IMG/VR virus record: IMGVR_UViG_2609460053_000006
Length of the DNA: 7,242 nt
Reading direction: 5' to 3' (one strand)
From: a virus
Lineage: Duplodnaviria > Heunggongvirae > Uroviricota > Caudoviricetes
Below are positions 1-7,242 of this stretch, one piece after another; within the stretch, counting starts at the first letter, position 1; every line of letters starts with the position of its first letter. A model generated the notes under the pieces. That model was not told the DNA's origin. It made no database searches and was given only the letters and a program-made list of their open reading frames with translations. The position numbers were made by a program, and so were the translations under genes.

Positions 1-1741
1 GTGGGGGCTGAAGTTGCCGACGTTGCGTCAGCGCCTGTTCCGCTGTGTGAGTATCCGTGAGAACGATGACGGCACGTATGCCATCACTGCCGTGCAGCAT
101 GTACCGGAAAAAGAAGCCATCGTGGATAACGGGGCGCACTTTGACGGCGACCAGAGCGGCACGGTGAATGGTGTCACGCCGCCAGCGGTGCAGCACCTGA
201 CCGCCGAAGTCACCGCAGACAGCGGGGAATATCAGGTGCTGGCGCGCTGGGACACGCCGAAGGTGGTGAAGGGCGTGAGCTTCCTGCTCCGTCTGACCGT
301 AACAGCGGATGACGGCAGTGAGCGGCTGGTCAGCACGGCCCGGACGACGGAAACCACATACCGCTTCACGCAACTGGCGCTGGGGAACTACAGGCTGACA
401 GTCCGGGCGGTAAATGCGTGGGGGCAGCAGGGCGATCCGGCGTCGGTATCGTTCCGGATTGCCGCACCGGCAGCACCGTCGAGGATTGAGCTGACGCCGG
501 GCTATTTTCAGATAACCGCCACGCCGCATCTTGCCGTTTATGACCCGACGGTACAGTTTGAGTTCTGGTTCTCGGAAAAGCGGATTACCGATATCAGGCA
601 GGTTGAAACCACAGCCCGCTATCTTGGTACGGCGCTGTACTGGATAGCCGCCAGTATCAATATCAAACCGGGCCATGATTATTACTTTTATATCCGCAGT
701 GTGAACACCGTTGGCAAATCGGCATTCGTGGAGGCCGTCGGTCGGGCGAGCGATGATGCGGAAGGTTACCTGGATTTTTTCAAAGGCAAGATAACCGAAT
801 CCCATCTCGGTAAAGAGCTGCTGGAAAAAGTTGATCTGACGGAGGATAACGCCAGCAGACTGGATGAGTTTTCGAAAGAGTGGAAGGACGCTAACGATAA
901 ATGGAATGCCATGTGGGGCGTCAAAATTGAGCAGACCAAAGACGGCAAACATTATGTCGCGGGTATTGGCCTCAGCATGGAGGACACGGAGGAAGGCAAG
1001 CTGAGCCAGTTTCTGGTTGCCGCTAACCGTATCGCGTTTATTGACCCGGCAAACGGGAATGAAACGCCGATGTTTGTGGCGCAGGGCAACCAGATATTCA
1101 TGAACGACGTGTTCCTGAAGCGCCTGACAGCCCCCACCATTACCAGCGGTGGCAGTCCTCCGGTATTTTCCCTGACATCAGACGGAAAGCTGACCGCTAA
1201 AAATGCGGATATCAGTGGTAGTGTGAATGCGAACTCAGGAACGCTCAACAATGTCACGATTAACCAGAACTGTACGATTAAGGGCATGCTGGAGGCGACT
1301 CAGGTCAGAGGTGACTTCGTTAAAGCTGTATCCAAATCATTTCCGAAACAGGCTGGTACGTGGGGTAACACGGAAACACCAAACGGGACGGTTACAGTCA
1401 CCATCAGCGATGATCATAACTTTGACCGTCAAATCATTATTCCGCCCATTATCTTTAACGGAATAGCGTATAGCGATCCGGGAAGTGGTAATAACCCGGG
1501 AGGTACAAGATACACGGGTTATGGTTTTGAAGTTCGCAAAAACGGTGTATTAATCGCATCCAGAGAAACTAAAGGGGCCATTCCCGGTAGCTACAGTGCG
1601 GTTATTGATATGCCGAGTGGCAGGGGAAGCGTCACTCTGGAGTTTAAGGTTTTCCATAAAGGCAATCAGTGGGCAGGTAATATCACCGACTGTACGGTGA
1701 TTGTGACCAAAAAAGCCGCTTCCGGCATCAGTATTCGTTGA
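1..1741 (+). CDS. J: Central tail fibre / host specificity protein J, C-terminal 575 aa (5' end lies upstream of the window)
   Basis: Open frame runs from position 2 to TAA at 1739-1741; the track ORF 14..1741 is its in-frame tail. Translation matches my recollection of lambda gpJ C-terminal half ([63 protein letters not shown]...; [60 protein letters not shown]). Gene order J-lom-stf-tfa is the lambda arrangement. Confidence 0.9.
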   Translation, partial: WGLKLPTLRQRLFRCVSIRENDDGTYAITAVQHVPEKEAIVDNGAHFDGDQSGTVNGVTPPAVQHLTAEVTADSGEYQVLARWDTPKVVKGVSFLLRLTVTADDGSERLVSTARTTETTYRFTQLALGNYRLTVRAVNAWGQQGDPASVSFRIAAPAAPSRIELTPGYFQITATPHLAVYDPTVQFEFWFSEKRITDIRQVETTARYLGTALYWIAASINIKPGHDYYFYIRSVNTVGKSAFVEAVGRASDDAEGYLDFFKGKITESHLGKELLEKVDLTEDNASRLDEFSKEWKDANDKWNAMWGVKIEQTKDGKHYVAGIGLSMEDTEEGKLSQFLVAANRIAFIDPANGNETPMFVAQGNQIFMNDVFLKRLTAPTITSGGSPPVFSLTSDGKLTAKNADISGSVNANSGTLNNVTINQNCTIKGMLEATQVRGDFVKAVSKSFPKQAGTWGNTETPNGTVTVTISDDHNFDRQIIIPPIIFNGIAYSDPGSGNNPGGTRYTGYGFEVRKNGVLIASRETKGAIPGSYSAVIDMPSGRGSVTLEFKVFHKGNQWAGNITDCTVIVTKKAASGISIR

Positions 1742-1762
1742 AATTGTTATAACCCATATAAG

Positions 1763-1789
1763 GGCACCAGAAATGGTGCCTTTTTTATT
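1763..1789 (+). terminator. Rho-independent terminator after J
   Basis: Perfect 6-bp stem GGCACC (1763-1768) / loop AGAAAT / GGTGCC (1775-1780), immediately followed by TTTTTTATT (1781-1789). Confidence 0.6.
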
Positions 1790-1810
1790 GCAGAAAAGCG
1801 AGAGGTAATT

Positions 1811-2410
1811 ATGCGTAAACTTTATGCCGCCATTTTGTCCGCAGCCATTTGTCTGGCCGTATCCGGTGCGCCTGCATGGGCGTCTGAACATCAGTCCACG
1901 CTGAGCGCGGGGTATCTTCATGCCTCGACGAACGTTCCCGGCAGCGATGATCTGAACGGGATTAACGTGAAATACCGTTATGAGTTTACGGACACACTGG
2001 GGCTGGTGACGTCATTCAGCTATGCAGGAGACAAGAATCGCCAGCTTACCCGTTACAGCGATACCCGCTGGCATGAAGATTCCGTGCGTAACCGCTGGTT
2101 CAGCGTGATGGCGGGGCCCTCTGTGCGCGTGAATGAATGGTTCAGTGCGTATGCGATGGCGGGCGTGGCTTACAGCCGTGTGTCGACTTTTTCCGGGGAT
2201 TATCTCCGCGTAACTGACAACAAGGGGAAAACGCATGATGTGCTGACCGGAAGTGATGACGGTCGCCACAGCAACACGTCTCTGGCGTGGGGGGCTGGCG
2301 TGCAGTTTAACCCGACCGAATCCGTGGCCATTGATATTGCTTATGAAGGTTCCGGCAGTGGTGACTGGCGCACTGACGGTTTCATCGTGGGTGTCGGTTA
2401 TAAGTTCTGA
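1811..2410 (+). CDS. lom: Outer membrane protein Lom (Ail/Lom family beta-barrel), phage moron
   Basis: 199-aa ORF with SD GAGAGG (1800-1805) 5 nt before ATG 1811. N-terminal signal peptide [25 protein letters not shown]-terminal aromatic residue (..GVGYKF) typical of outer-membrane beta-barrels. Sequence matches my recollection of lambda Lom; position directly after J. Confidence 0.9.
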
Positions 2411-2438
2411 TTAGCCAGGTAACACAGTGTTATGACAG

Positions 2439-2463
2439 CCCGCCGTTTCAGGCGGGATTTTTT
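2439..2463 (+). terminator. Rho-independent terminator after lom
   Basis: Stem CCCGCC (2439-2444) / loop GTTTCA / GGCGGG (2451-2456), followed by ATTTTTTGT with T-run 2458-2463. Confidence 0.6.
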
Positions 2464-2474
2464 GTGGGGTGAAT

Positions 2475-5400
2475 ATGGCAGTAAAGATTTCAGGTGTACT
2501 GAAAGACGGCACAGGAAAACCGGTACAGAACTGCACAATCCAGCTGAAAGCAAAACGTAACAGCACCACGGTGGTGGTGAACACGCTGGCCTCAGAAAAT
2601 CCGGATGAAGCCGGGCGTTACAGCATGGACGTTGAGCACGGTCAGTACAGCGTTATTCTGTTGGTGGAGGGATTCCCGCCATCACATGCCGGGACCATTA
2701 CCGTGTATGAAGATTCCCGACCCGGTACGCTGAATGATTTTCTCGGTGCCATGACGGAGGATGATGCCCGTCCGGAGGCACTGCGCCGTTTTGAGCTGAT
2801 GGTGGAAGAGGTGGCGCGTAACGCGTCCGCGGTGGCACAGAACACGGCAGCCGCGAAGAAGTCAGCCAGCGATGCCAGCACATCAGCCCGTGAGGCGGCA
2901 ACCCATGCGACTGATGCTGCAGGCTCAGCACGCGCAGCCAGCACGTCAGCCGGACAGGCCGCGTCGTCGGCTCAGTCAGCGTCTTCCAGCGCAGGATCGG
3001 CATCAACAAAGGCTACTGAAGCATCAAAAAGTGCTGCCGCTGCAGAGTCCTCAAAAAGCGCGGCGGCCACCAGTGCCGGTGCAGCAAAAACGTCAGAAAC
3101 GAATGCGGCAGCGTCACAACAATCAGCCGCCACTTCTGCATCCACCGCGACTACGAAAGCGTCAGAAGCAGCCTCCTCAGCCCGGGATGCGGCGGTTTCA
3201 AAAGAGGCGGCAAAATCATCAGAAACGAACGCATCCTCGAGCGCCAGTAGCGCAGCTTCCTCGGCAACGGCGGCAGCAAATTCCGCGAAGGCGGCAAAAA
3301 CGTCCGAGACGAACGCTAAGTCTTCTGAGACGGCAGCGGAACAGAGTGCCTCCGCAGCAGCAGACTCAAAAACAGCGGCTGCATCATCTGCCAGCGCCGC
3401 GTCAACAAGTGCCGGGCAGGCCTCAGCCAGTGCCACCGCTGCCGGAAAGTCGGCAGAAAGTGCTGCATCGTCTGCTTCAACAGCCACAACGAATGCTGGC
3501 GAAGCCGCTGTACAGGCCAGCGCAGCCGCGAGGTCAGCTTCCGCAGCGAAGACATCCGAGACGAACGCGAAAGCGTCGGAAACCAGCGCAGAATCCTCAA
3601 AAACGGCTGCCGCATCATCCGCCAGTTCGGCGGCGTCATCGGCATCATCTGCGTCTGCTTCAAAAGATGAGGCGACCAGACAGGCGTCAGCAGCGAAGGG
3701 CAGCGCCACGACAGCATCCACGAAGGCGACAGAGGCAGCTGGCAGTGCGACGGCGGCAGCACAGAGCAAAAGTACGGCGGAATCCGCGGCAACGCGCGCC
3801 GAGACAGCGGCAAAACGGGCAGAGGATATTGCATCCGCCGTGGCGCTTGAGGATGCGAGCACGACGAAAAAGGGGGTAGTACAGCTCAGCAGTGCGACCA
3901 ACAGTACGTCTGAAACGCTGGCGGCAACGCCAAAGGCAGTAAAATCAGCCTATGACAATGCAGAGAAACGTCTGCAGAAAGACCAGAACGGCGCTGATAT
4001 ACCCGATAAGGGACGCTTCCTGAACAACATTAACGCGGTCAGTAAAACAGACTTTGCTGATAAGCGCGGTATGCGTTATGTGCGGGTTAACGCTCCTGCA
4101 GGTGCAACATCTGGAAAATATTACCCTGTTGTTGTTATGCGTTCTGCTGGCTCAGTAAGCGAACTGGCATCAAGGGTCATTATCACCACGGCAACGCGAA
4201 CCGCAGGCGATCCGATGAATAACTGCGAGTTTAACGGATTTGTTATGCCTGGTGGCCGGACTGACAGGGGGCGTTATGCTTATGGAATGTTCTGGCAATA
4301 TCAAAACAATGAACGAGCCATCCACTCAATAATGATGAGTAATAAGGGCGATGATTTGCGCTCTGTGTTCTATGTTGATGGCGCTGCTTTCCCTGTTTTT
4401 GCGTTTATCGAAGATGGCCTGTCAATATCCGCACCTGGTGCTGATCTGGTTGTTAATGATACGACCTATAAGTTTGGGGCAACAAATCCGGCGACTGAAT
4501 GTATCGCGGCGGACGTTATCCTTGATTTTAAGAGTGGGCGTGGTTTTTATGAGTCTCATTCGTTAATCGTTAACGATAACTTGTCGTGCAAAAAACTTTT
4601 TGCCACAGACGAAATTGTAGCGCGTGGTGGTAATCAGATTCGAATGATAGGTGGGGAGTATGGTGCATTATGGCGTAATGATGGCACTAAAACTTACCTG
4701 CTGCTTACCAATCAAGGTGATGTTTATGGTGGCTGGAATACATTAAGACCGTTTGCTATTAATAACGCAACCGGCGAACTGATTATTGGAACCAAACTGT
4801 CCGCAAGTCTGAACGGTAATGCATTAACAGCAACAAAGCTGCAAACGCCAAGACTGGTTTCTGGTGTTGAGTTTGATGGTTCCAAAGATATTACTTTAAC
4901 CGCCGCGCATGTGGCTGCTTTTGCCAGAAGGGCAACGGATACATATGCCGATGCGGATGGTGGCGTTCCCTGGAATGCCGAATCAGGCGCTTACAATGTC
5001 ACCCGCTCTGGCGACAGCTATATTCTGGTTAACTTCTATACCGGAGTCGGAAGTTGCCGGACCCTGCAGATGAAGGCGCATTACAGAAATGGAGGTCTGT
5101 TCTACCGTTCCTCAAGAGATGGCTATGGTTTTGAGGAAGACTGGGCAGAAGTTTATACCTCGAAAAATCTTCCACCAGAAAGCTACCCAGTCGGCGCACC
5201 AATCCCGTGGCCATCAGATACCGTTCCGTCTGGCTATGCCCTGATGCAGGGGCAGACTTTTGACAAATCTGCATACCCGAAACTTGCAGTGGCTTATCCG
5301 TCAGGCGTTATTCCTGATATGCGTGGCTGGACGATTAAGGGCAAGCCCGCCAGTGGTCGTGCCGTATTGTCTCAGGAACAGGACGGCATTAAATCGCACA

Positions 5401-5873
5401 CCCACAGCGCCAGCGCATCCAGTACGGATTTGGGTACGAAAACCACATCGTCGTTTGATTACGGCACTAAATCCACGAATAACACCGGGGCTCATACGCA
5501 TAGTCTGAGCGGCTCTACAAGCTCGGCTGGAGCACACTCGCACGTTGATGGGCGCAGGTTTAATACAAGCACTTTTAAAGACACCTATCAGTATGGTTCT
5601 ACAGCTGTCGGAAGTAACTCATACCAGGTACAAGGGGCGGTTGGTCTGGGCGTTGGTACGATGGCGAATACGAACTCTGCTGGCGCGCACACCCACTCAC
5701 TGTCCGGCACTGCTGCAAGCGCAGGCGCACACGCACATACTGTCGGTATTGGTGCACACACGCACTCCGTTGCGATTGGTTCACATGGACACACCATCAC
5801 CGTTAACGCTGCTGGTAACGCGGAAAACACCGTCAAAAACATTGCATTTAACTATATTGTGAGGCTTGCATAA
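2475..5873 (+). CDS. stf: Side tail fibre protein Stf, intact long form (1132 aa from ATG 2475; the track ORF uses in-frame GTG 2469)
   Basis: N-terminus [26 protein letters not shown] matches my recollection of lambda Stf; GGGGTG lies just upstream of ATG 2475. Contains a long Ala/Ser-rich repeat region, a [28 protein letters not shown] fibre-repeat motif, and a C-terminal His-rich HxH region ([45 protein letters not shown]...GAHTHS...) shared by lambda Stf / T4 gp37-type fibres. Stop TAA 5871-5873. Confidence 0.88.
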   Translation: MAVKISGVLKDGTGKPVQNCTIQLKAKRNSTTVVVNTLASENPDEAGRYSMDVEHGQYSVILLVEGFPPSHAGTITVYEDSRPGTLNDFLGAMTEDDARPEALRRFELMVEEVARNASAVAQNTAAAKKSASDASTSAREAATHATDAAGSARAASTSAGQAASSAQSASSSAGSASTKATEASKSAAAAESSKSAAATSAGAAKTSETNAAASQQSAATSASTATTKASEAASSARDAAVSKEAAKSSETNASSSASSAASSATAAANSAKAAKTSETNAKSSETAAEQSASAAADSKTAAASSASAASTSAGQASASATAAGKSAESAASSASTATTNAGEAAVQASAAARSASAAKTSETNAKASETSAESSKTAAASSASSAASSASSASASKDEATRQASAAKGSATTASTKATEAAGSATAAAQSKSTAESAATRAETAAKRAEDIASAVALEDASTTKKGVVQLSSATNSTSETLAATPKAVKSAYDNAEKRLQKDQNGADIPDKGRFLNNINAVSKTDFADKRGMRYVRVNAPAGATSGKYYPVVVMRSAGSVSELASRVIITTATRTAGDPMNNCEFNGFVMPGGRTDRGRYAYGMFWQYQNNERAIHSIMMSNKGDDLRSVFYVDGAAFPVFAFIEDGLSISAPGADLVVNDTTYKFGATNPATECIAADVILDFKSGRGFYESHSLIVNDNLSCKKLFATDEIVARGGNQIRMIGGEYGALWRNDGTKTYLLLTNQGDVYGGWNTLRPFAINNATGELIIGTKLSASLNGNALTATKLQTPRLVSGVEFDGSKDITLTAAHVAAFARRATDTYADADGGVPWNAESGAYNVTRSGDSYILVNFYTGVGSCRTLQMKAHYRNGGLFYRSSRDGYGFEEDWAEVYTSKNLPPESYPVGAPIPWPSDTVPSGYALMQGQTFDKSAYPKLAVAYPSGVIPDMRGWTIKGKPASGRAVLSQEQDGIKSHTHSASASSTDLGTKTTSSFDYGTKSTNNTGAHTHSLSGSTSSAGAHSHVDGRRFNTSTFKDTYQYGSTAVGSNSYQVQGAVGLGVGTMANTNSAGAHTHSLSGTAASAGAHAHTVGIGAHTHSVAIGSHGHTITVNAAGNAENTVKNIAFNYIVRLA
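2811..3861 (+). repeat. Degenerate in-frame tandem repeats encoding the Ala/Ser/Thr-rich low-complexity shaft of Stf
   Basis: Recurrent nucleotide unit aaaacgtcagaaacgaatgc and variants at about 3087, 3213, 3297 and 3548, encoding AAK(T/S)SETNA; surrounding sequence is GCN-rich alanine codons. Spacing is irregular (43, 27 and 84 codons). Confidence 0.7.
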
Positions 5874-6457
5874 TGGCATTCAGAATGAGTGAACAACCAC
5901 GGACCATAAAAATTTATAATCTGCTGGCCGGAACTAATGAATTTATTGGTGAAGGTGACGCATATATTCCGCCTCATACAGGTCTGCCAGCAAACAGCAC
6001 CTATATTGCACCGCCAGATATTCCTGCTGGCTTTGTGGCTGTTTTCAACAGTGATGAGGCATCGTGGCATCTCGTTGAAGACCATCGGGGTAAAACGGTT
6101 TATGACGTAGCGTCAGGGGGCGAGTTATTTATTTCTGAACTCGGTCCGTTACCGGAAAATGTTACCTGGTTATCGCCGGAAGGGGAGTTTCAGAAGTGGA
6201 ACGGCACAGCCTGGGTGAAAGATGCAGAAGCAGAAAAACTGTTCCGGATCCGAGAGGCGGAAGAAATAAAAAACAGCCTGATGCAGGTAGCCAGTGAGCA
6301 TATTGCGCCACTTCAGGATGCTGTAGATCTGGAAATCGCAACGGAGGAAGAAACCTCATTGCTGGAAGCCTGGAAAAAGTATCGGGTGTTGCTGAACCGT
6401 GTTGATACATCAACTGCACCTGATATTGAGTGGCCTACGAACCCTGTCAGGGAGTAA
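5873..6457 (+). CDS. tfa: Tail fibre assembly protein Tfa (chaperone for Stf)
   Basis: 194-aa ORF; SD TGAGG (5860-5864) 8 nt upstream; ATG overlaps the stf stop (TAATG). Sequence [34 protein letters not shown]... matches my recollection of lambda Tfa and sits immediately 3' of stf. Confidence 0.9.
   Translation: MAFRMSEQPRTIKIYNLLAGTNEFIGEGDAYIPPHTGLPANSTYIAPPDIPAGFVAVFNSDEASWHLVEDHRGKTVYDVASGGELFISELGPLPENVTWLSPEGEFQKWNGTAWVKDAEAEKLFRIREAEEIKNSLMQVASEHIAPLQDAVDLEIATEEETSLLEAWKKYRVLLNRVDTSTAPDIEWPTNPVRE
6293..6370 (+). repeat. Direct repeat copy 1 (tfa 3' module); copy 2 is at 7165-7242
   Basis: agtgag[c/t]atattgcgccact[t/g]caggatgctgtagatctggaaatcgcaacggaggaagaaa is shared with 2 mismatches over 61 nt, and similarity continues with more mismatches to the window end. 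Same orientation and same reading frame in both copies. Confidence 0.85.
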
Positions 6458-6470
6458 TCATTGGGATTAT

Positions 6471-6520
6471 GCCGCAGCACGTCTTAAGCAAGAACGTGCT
6501 GCGGTTGGATGCTATTTTTT
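6471..6520 (+). terminator. Hairpin between convergent genes, probable tfa terminator (possibly bidirectional)
   Basis: Inverted repeat GCCGCAGCACG (6471-6481) / 13-nt loop / CGTGCTGCGG (6495-6504), then a T7 run at 6514-6520 about 10 nt after the stem. It lies between the tfa stop (6457) and the stop of the reverse-strand gene (6512-6514). The U-tract is not directly adjacent, so confidence is moderate. Confidence 0.4.
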
Positions 6521-7003
6521 CCCTGAAGCGGAAAACATTACTACAGTACCTTGAACCTTGGTTTTAACATTCTCGAAATGCTCTGAGAGTATATGTGTTA
6601 AGCCTTCTTCGGAATCTTTTGTGTTTGAAAAGATGCCTTTGGAATCAAATTGACCATGTAACGCCGCGGGATAAGGTTCAAAAACATCATGGCTAATTTT
6701 ATGTTTAATTTTTGATTCCCCAGCCCTTGTAGATGCCGCGTTCAGGCTAGCTTCGTTCAAATCCATTAAAGATATCAGACTACTCTCAGGTACGTGAGTA
6801 AGGTAAAACCCAGTTCCAACACCAATATCCAGATGGTTGTTACCTACATGTTCCAGAAAGTGTGGAAGAAGGTGTTCCTTTGTAGGACATCCCCATGCAA
6901 GCCGATTTGATACTCCCAAAACCCACCAGTCATAAAGCTTTAGGGTAAGTGGTGTGTAAATTTTAGCCCCATCATCTGTGTTTTTTTTCATTGATTTCAC
7001 CAT
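6512..7003 (-). CDS. Short class I SAM-dependent methyltransferase-like protein (Rossmann-fold core only; possibly truncated) on an AT-rich accessory island
   Basis: 163-aa reverse-strand ORF. Motif I HLDIGVGTG (verified by reverse-complementing 6808-6835), acidic post-I residue in LISLMDLNEASL, motif II/III-like HDVFEPYP...GQFDSKGIFSN, and an N-terminal YDWW..SNRLAW element resembling UbiE-type methyltransferases. Markedly AT-richer than flanking tail genes. Start ambiguous: ATG 7003 has no SD, while in-frame ATG 6991 is preceded by GGTGA. Only about 100 aa follow motif I, shorter than typical class I enzymes. Confidence 0.55.
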   Translation of the reverse strand: MVKSMKKNTDDGAKIYTPLTLKLYDWWVLGVSNRLAWGCPTKEHLLPHFLEHVGNNHLDIGVGTGFYLTHVPESSLISLMDLNEASLNAASTRAGESKIKHKISHDVFEPYPAALHGQFDSKGIFSNTKDSEEGLTHILSEHFENVKTKVQGTVVMFSASGKK

Positions 7004-7032
7004 GTTATAGTTTTATTTGTGAATTAAATCAA
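7004..7032 (-). promoter_or_regulatory. Candidate sigma70 promoter for the reverse-strand methyltransferase-like gene
   Basis: On the - strand: TTGATT (complement of 7027-7032), 17-nt spacer, TATAAC (complement of 7004-7009), inside an AT-rich divergent intergenic region. The predicted start site would fall near 6997, which favours ATG 6991 as the true start. Sequence pattern only. Confidence 0.25.
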
Positions 7033-7059
7033 TTATGGCGATGAATTACAAGGGGTTAA

Positions 7060-7242
7060 ATGCTGCCGCAGCATAGCGATATTGAAATAGCCTGGTATGC
7101 TTCGATACAGCAGGAGCCGAATGGCTGGAAGACCGTCACCACACAGTTCTACATCCAGGAATTCAGTGAGTATATTGCGCCACTGCAGGATGCTGTAGAT
7201 CTGGAAATCGCAACGGAGGAAGAAAGATCGTTGCTGGAGGCA
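7060..7242 (+). CDS. Second tail-fibre-assembly-like gene, N-terminal 61 codons (runs off the 3' end of the window)
   Basis: ATG 7060 preceded by SD AAGGGG (7050-7055); open to the window end. Translation [61 protein letters not shown] has a novel N-terminus, then becomes near-identical to Tfa residues [25 protein letters not shown] (nucleotides 7165-7242 vs 6293-6370). Confidence 0.7.
   Translation, partial: MLPQHSDIEIAWYASIQQEPNGWKTVTTQFYIQEFSEYIAPLQDAVDLEIATEEERSLLEA

Noticed and set aside
28-1466. Small ORFs inside J (28..213 -, 766..948 -, 952..1287 -, 1227..1466 +)
   Set aside because: Fully embedded in the well-supported J reading frame, with no ribosome-binding sites and no recognisable motifs.
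1550-1921. 123-aa reverse-strand ORF spanning the J 3' end, intergenic terminator and lom 5' end
   Set aside because: It is antisense to two confidently called genes and runs through a terminator hairpin; most likely a chance open frame.
2811-3861. Possible CRISPR array or diversity-generating retroelement target suggested by the repetitive sequence
   Set aside because: The repeats are degenerate, in frame and coding, with no regular repeat-spacer periodicity; no reverse transcriptase or template repeat is present in the window.
2872-3879. 335-aa + strand ORF extremely rich in Arg/Gln/Pro in an alternative frame of stf
   Set aside because: It is a +1 frame artefact of the same GC-rich repeat region; the sense frame has the recognisable Stf N-terminus and fibre motifs.
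2972-3901. 309-aa reverse-strand ORF that is almost entirely Ala/Asp/Ser/Val, plus the overlapping 172-aa reverse-strand ORF at 3316..3834
   Set aside because: It lies antisense to the stf Ala-rich repeat; GCN-rich low-complexity coding sequence produces long stop-free frames on the opposite strand. No start context, and the composition is a mirror of the stf repeats.
4351-5862. Several short ORFs within stf on alternative frames or strands (4351..4566 +, 5029..5274 -, 5260..5508 +, 5301..5543 -, 5545..5862 +, 5588..5842 -, 5599..5784 -), plus 5852..6085 - and 6162..6419 - antisense to tfa
   Set aside because: All are nested in the stf or tfa frames, which carry strong family-specific motifs; none has independent support.
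6293-7242. Invertible tail-fibre segment (Mu G / P1 C / e14 Pin-type shufflon)
   Set aside because: The repeated tfa modules are in direct, not inverted, orientation. No invertase gene or recognisable crossover site is in the window, although sequence beyond 7242 is unseen.
1-7242. tRNA, rRNA, integrase, transposase or attachment site
   Set aside because: No cloverleaf-like or rRNA-like sequence and no ORF with recombinase or transposase motifs was seen; every large ORF is accounted for by tail or accessory genes.

Overview
This window is the distal tail-fibre region of a lambda-like (lambdoid) Enterobacteriaceae phage or prophage, read entirely from the sequence with no database search. In order on the + strand it holds the 3' half of the central tail fibre gene J (1..1741), the outer-membrane moron lom (1811..2410), a long intact side tail fibre gene stf (about 2475..5873) and the tail fibre assembly gene tfa (5873..6457). 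Downstream lies an AT-rich island carrying one reverse-strand gene for a short class I SAM-methyltransferase-like protein (6512..7003), followed by the start of a second tfa-like gene (7060..>7242). The island is bracketed by a roughly 78-bp direct repeat of the tfa 3' module. This accessory island is the best candidate for anything undescribed, though it may be a truncated remnant. The J 3' end and the stf centre show compositional shifts suggesting module swaps. No tRNA, rRNA, CRISPR, integrase, invertase or transposase is visible.
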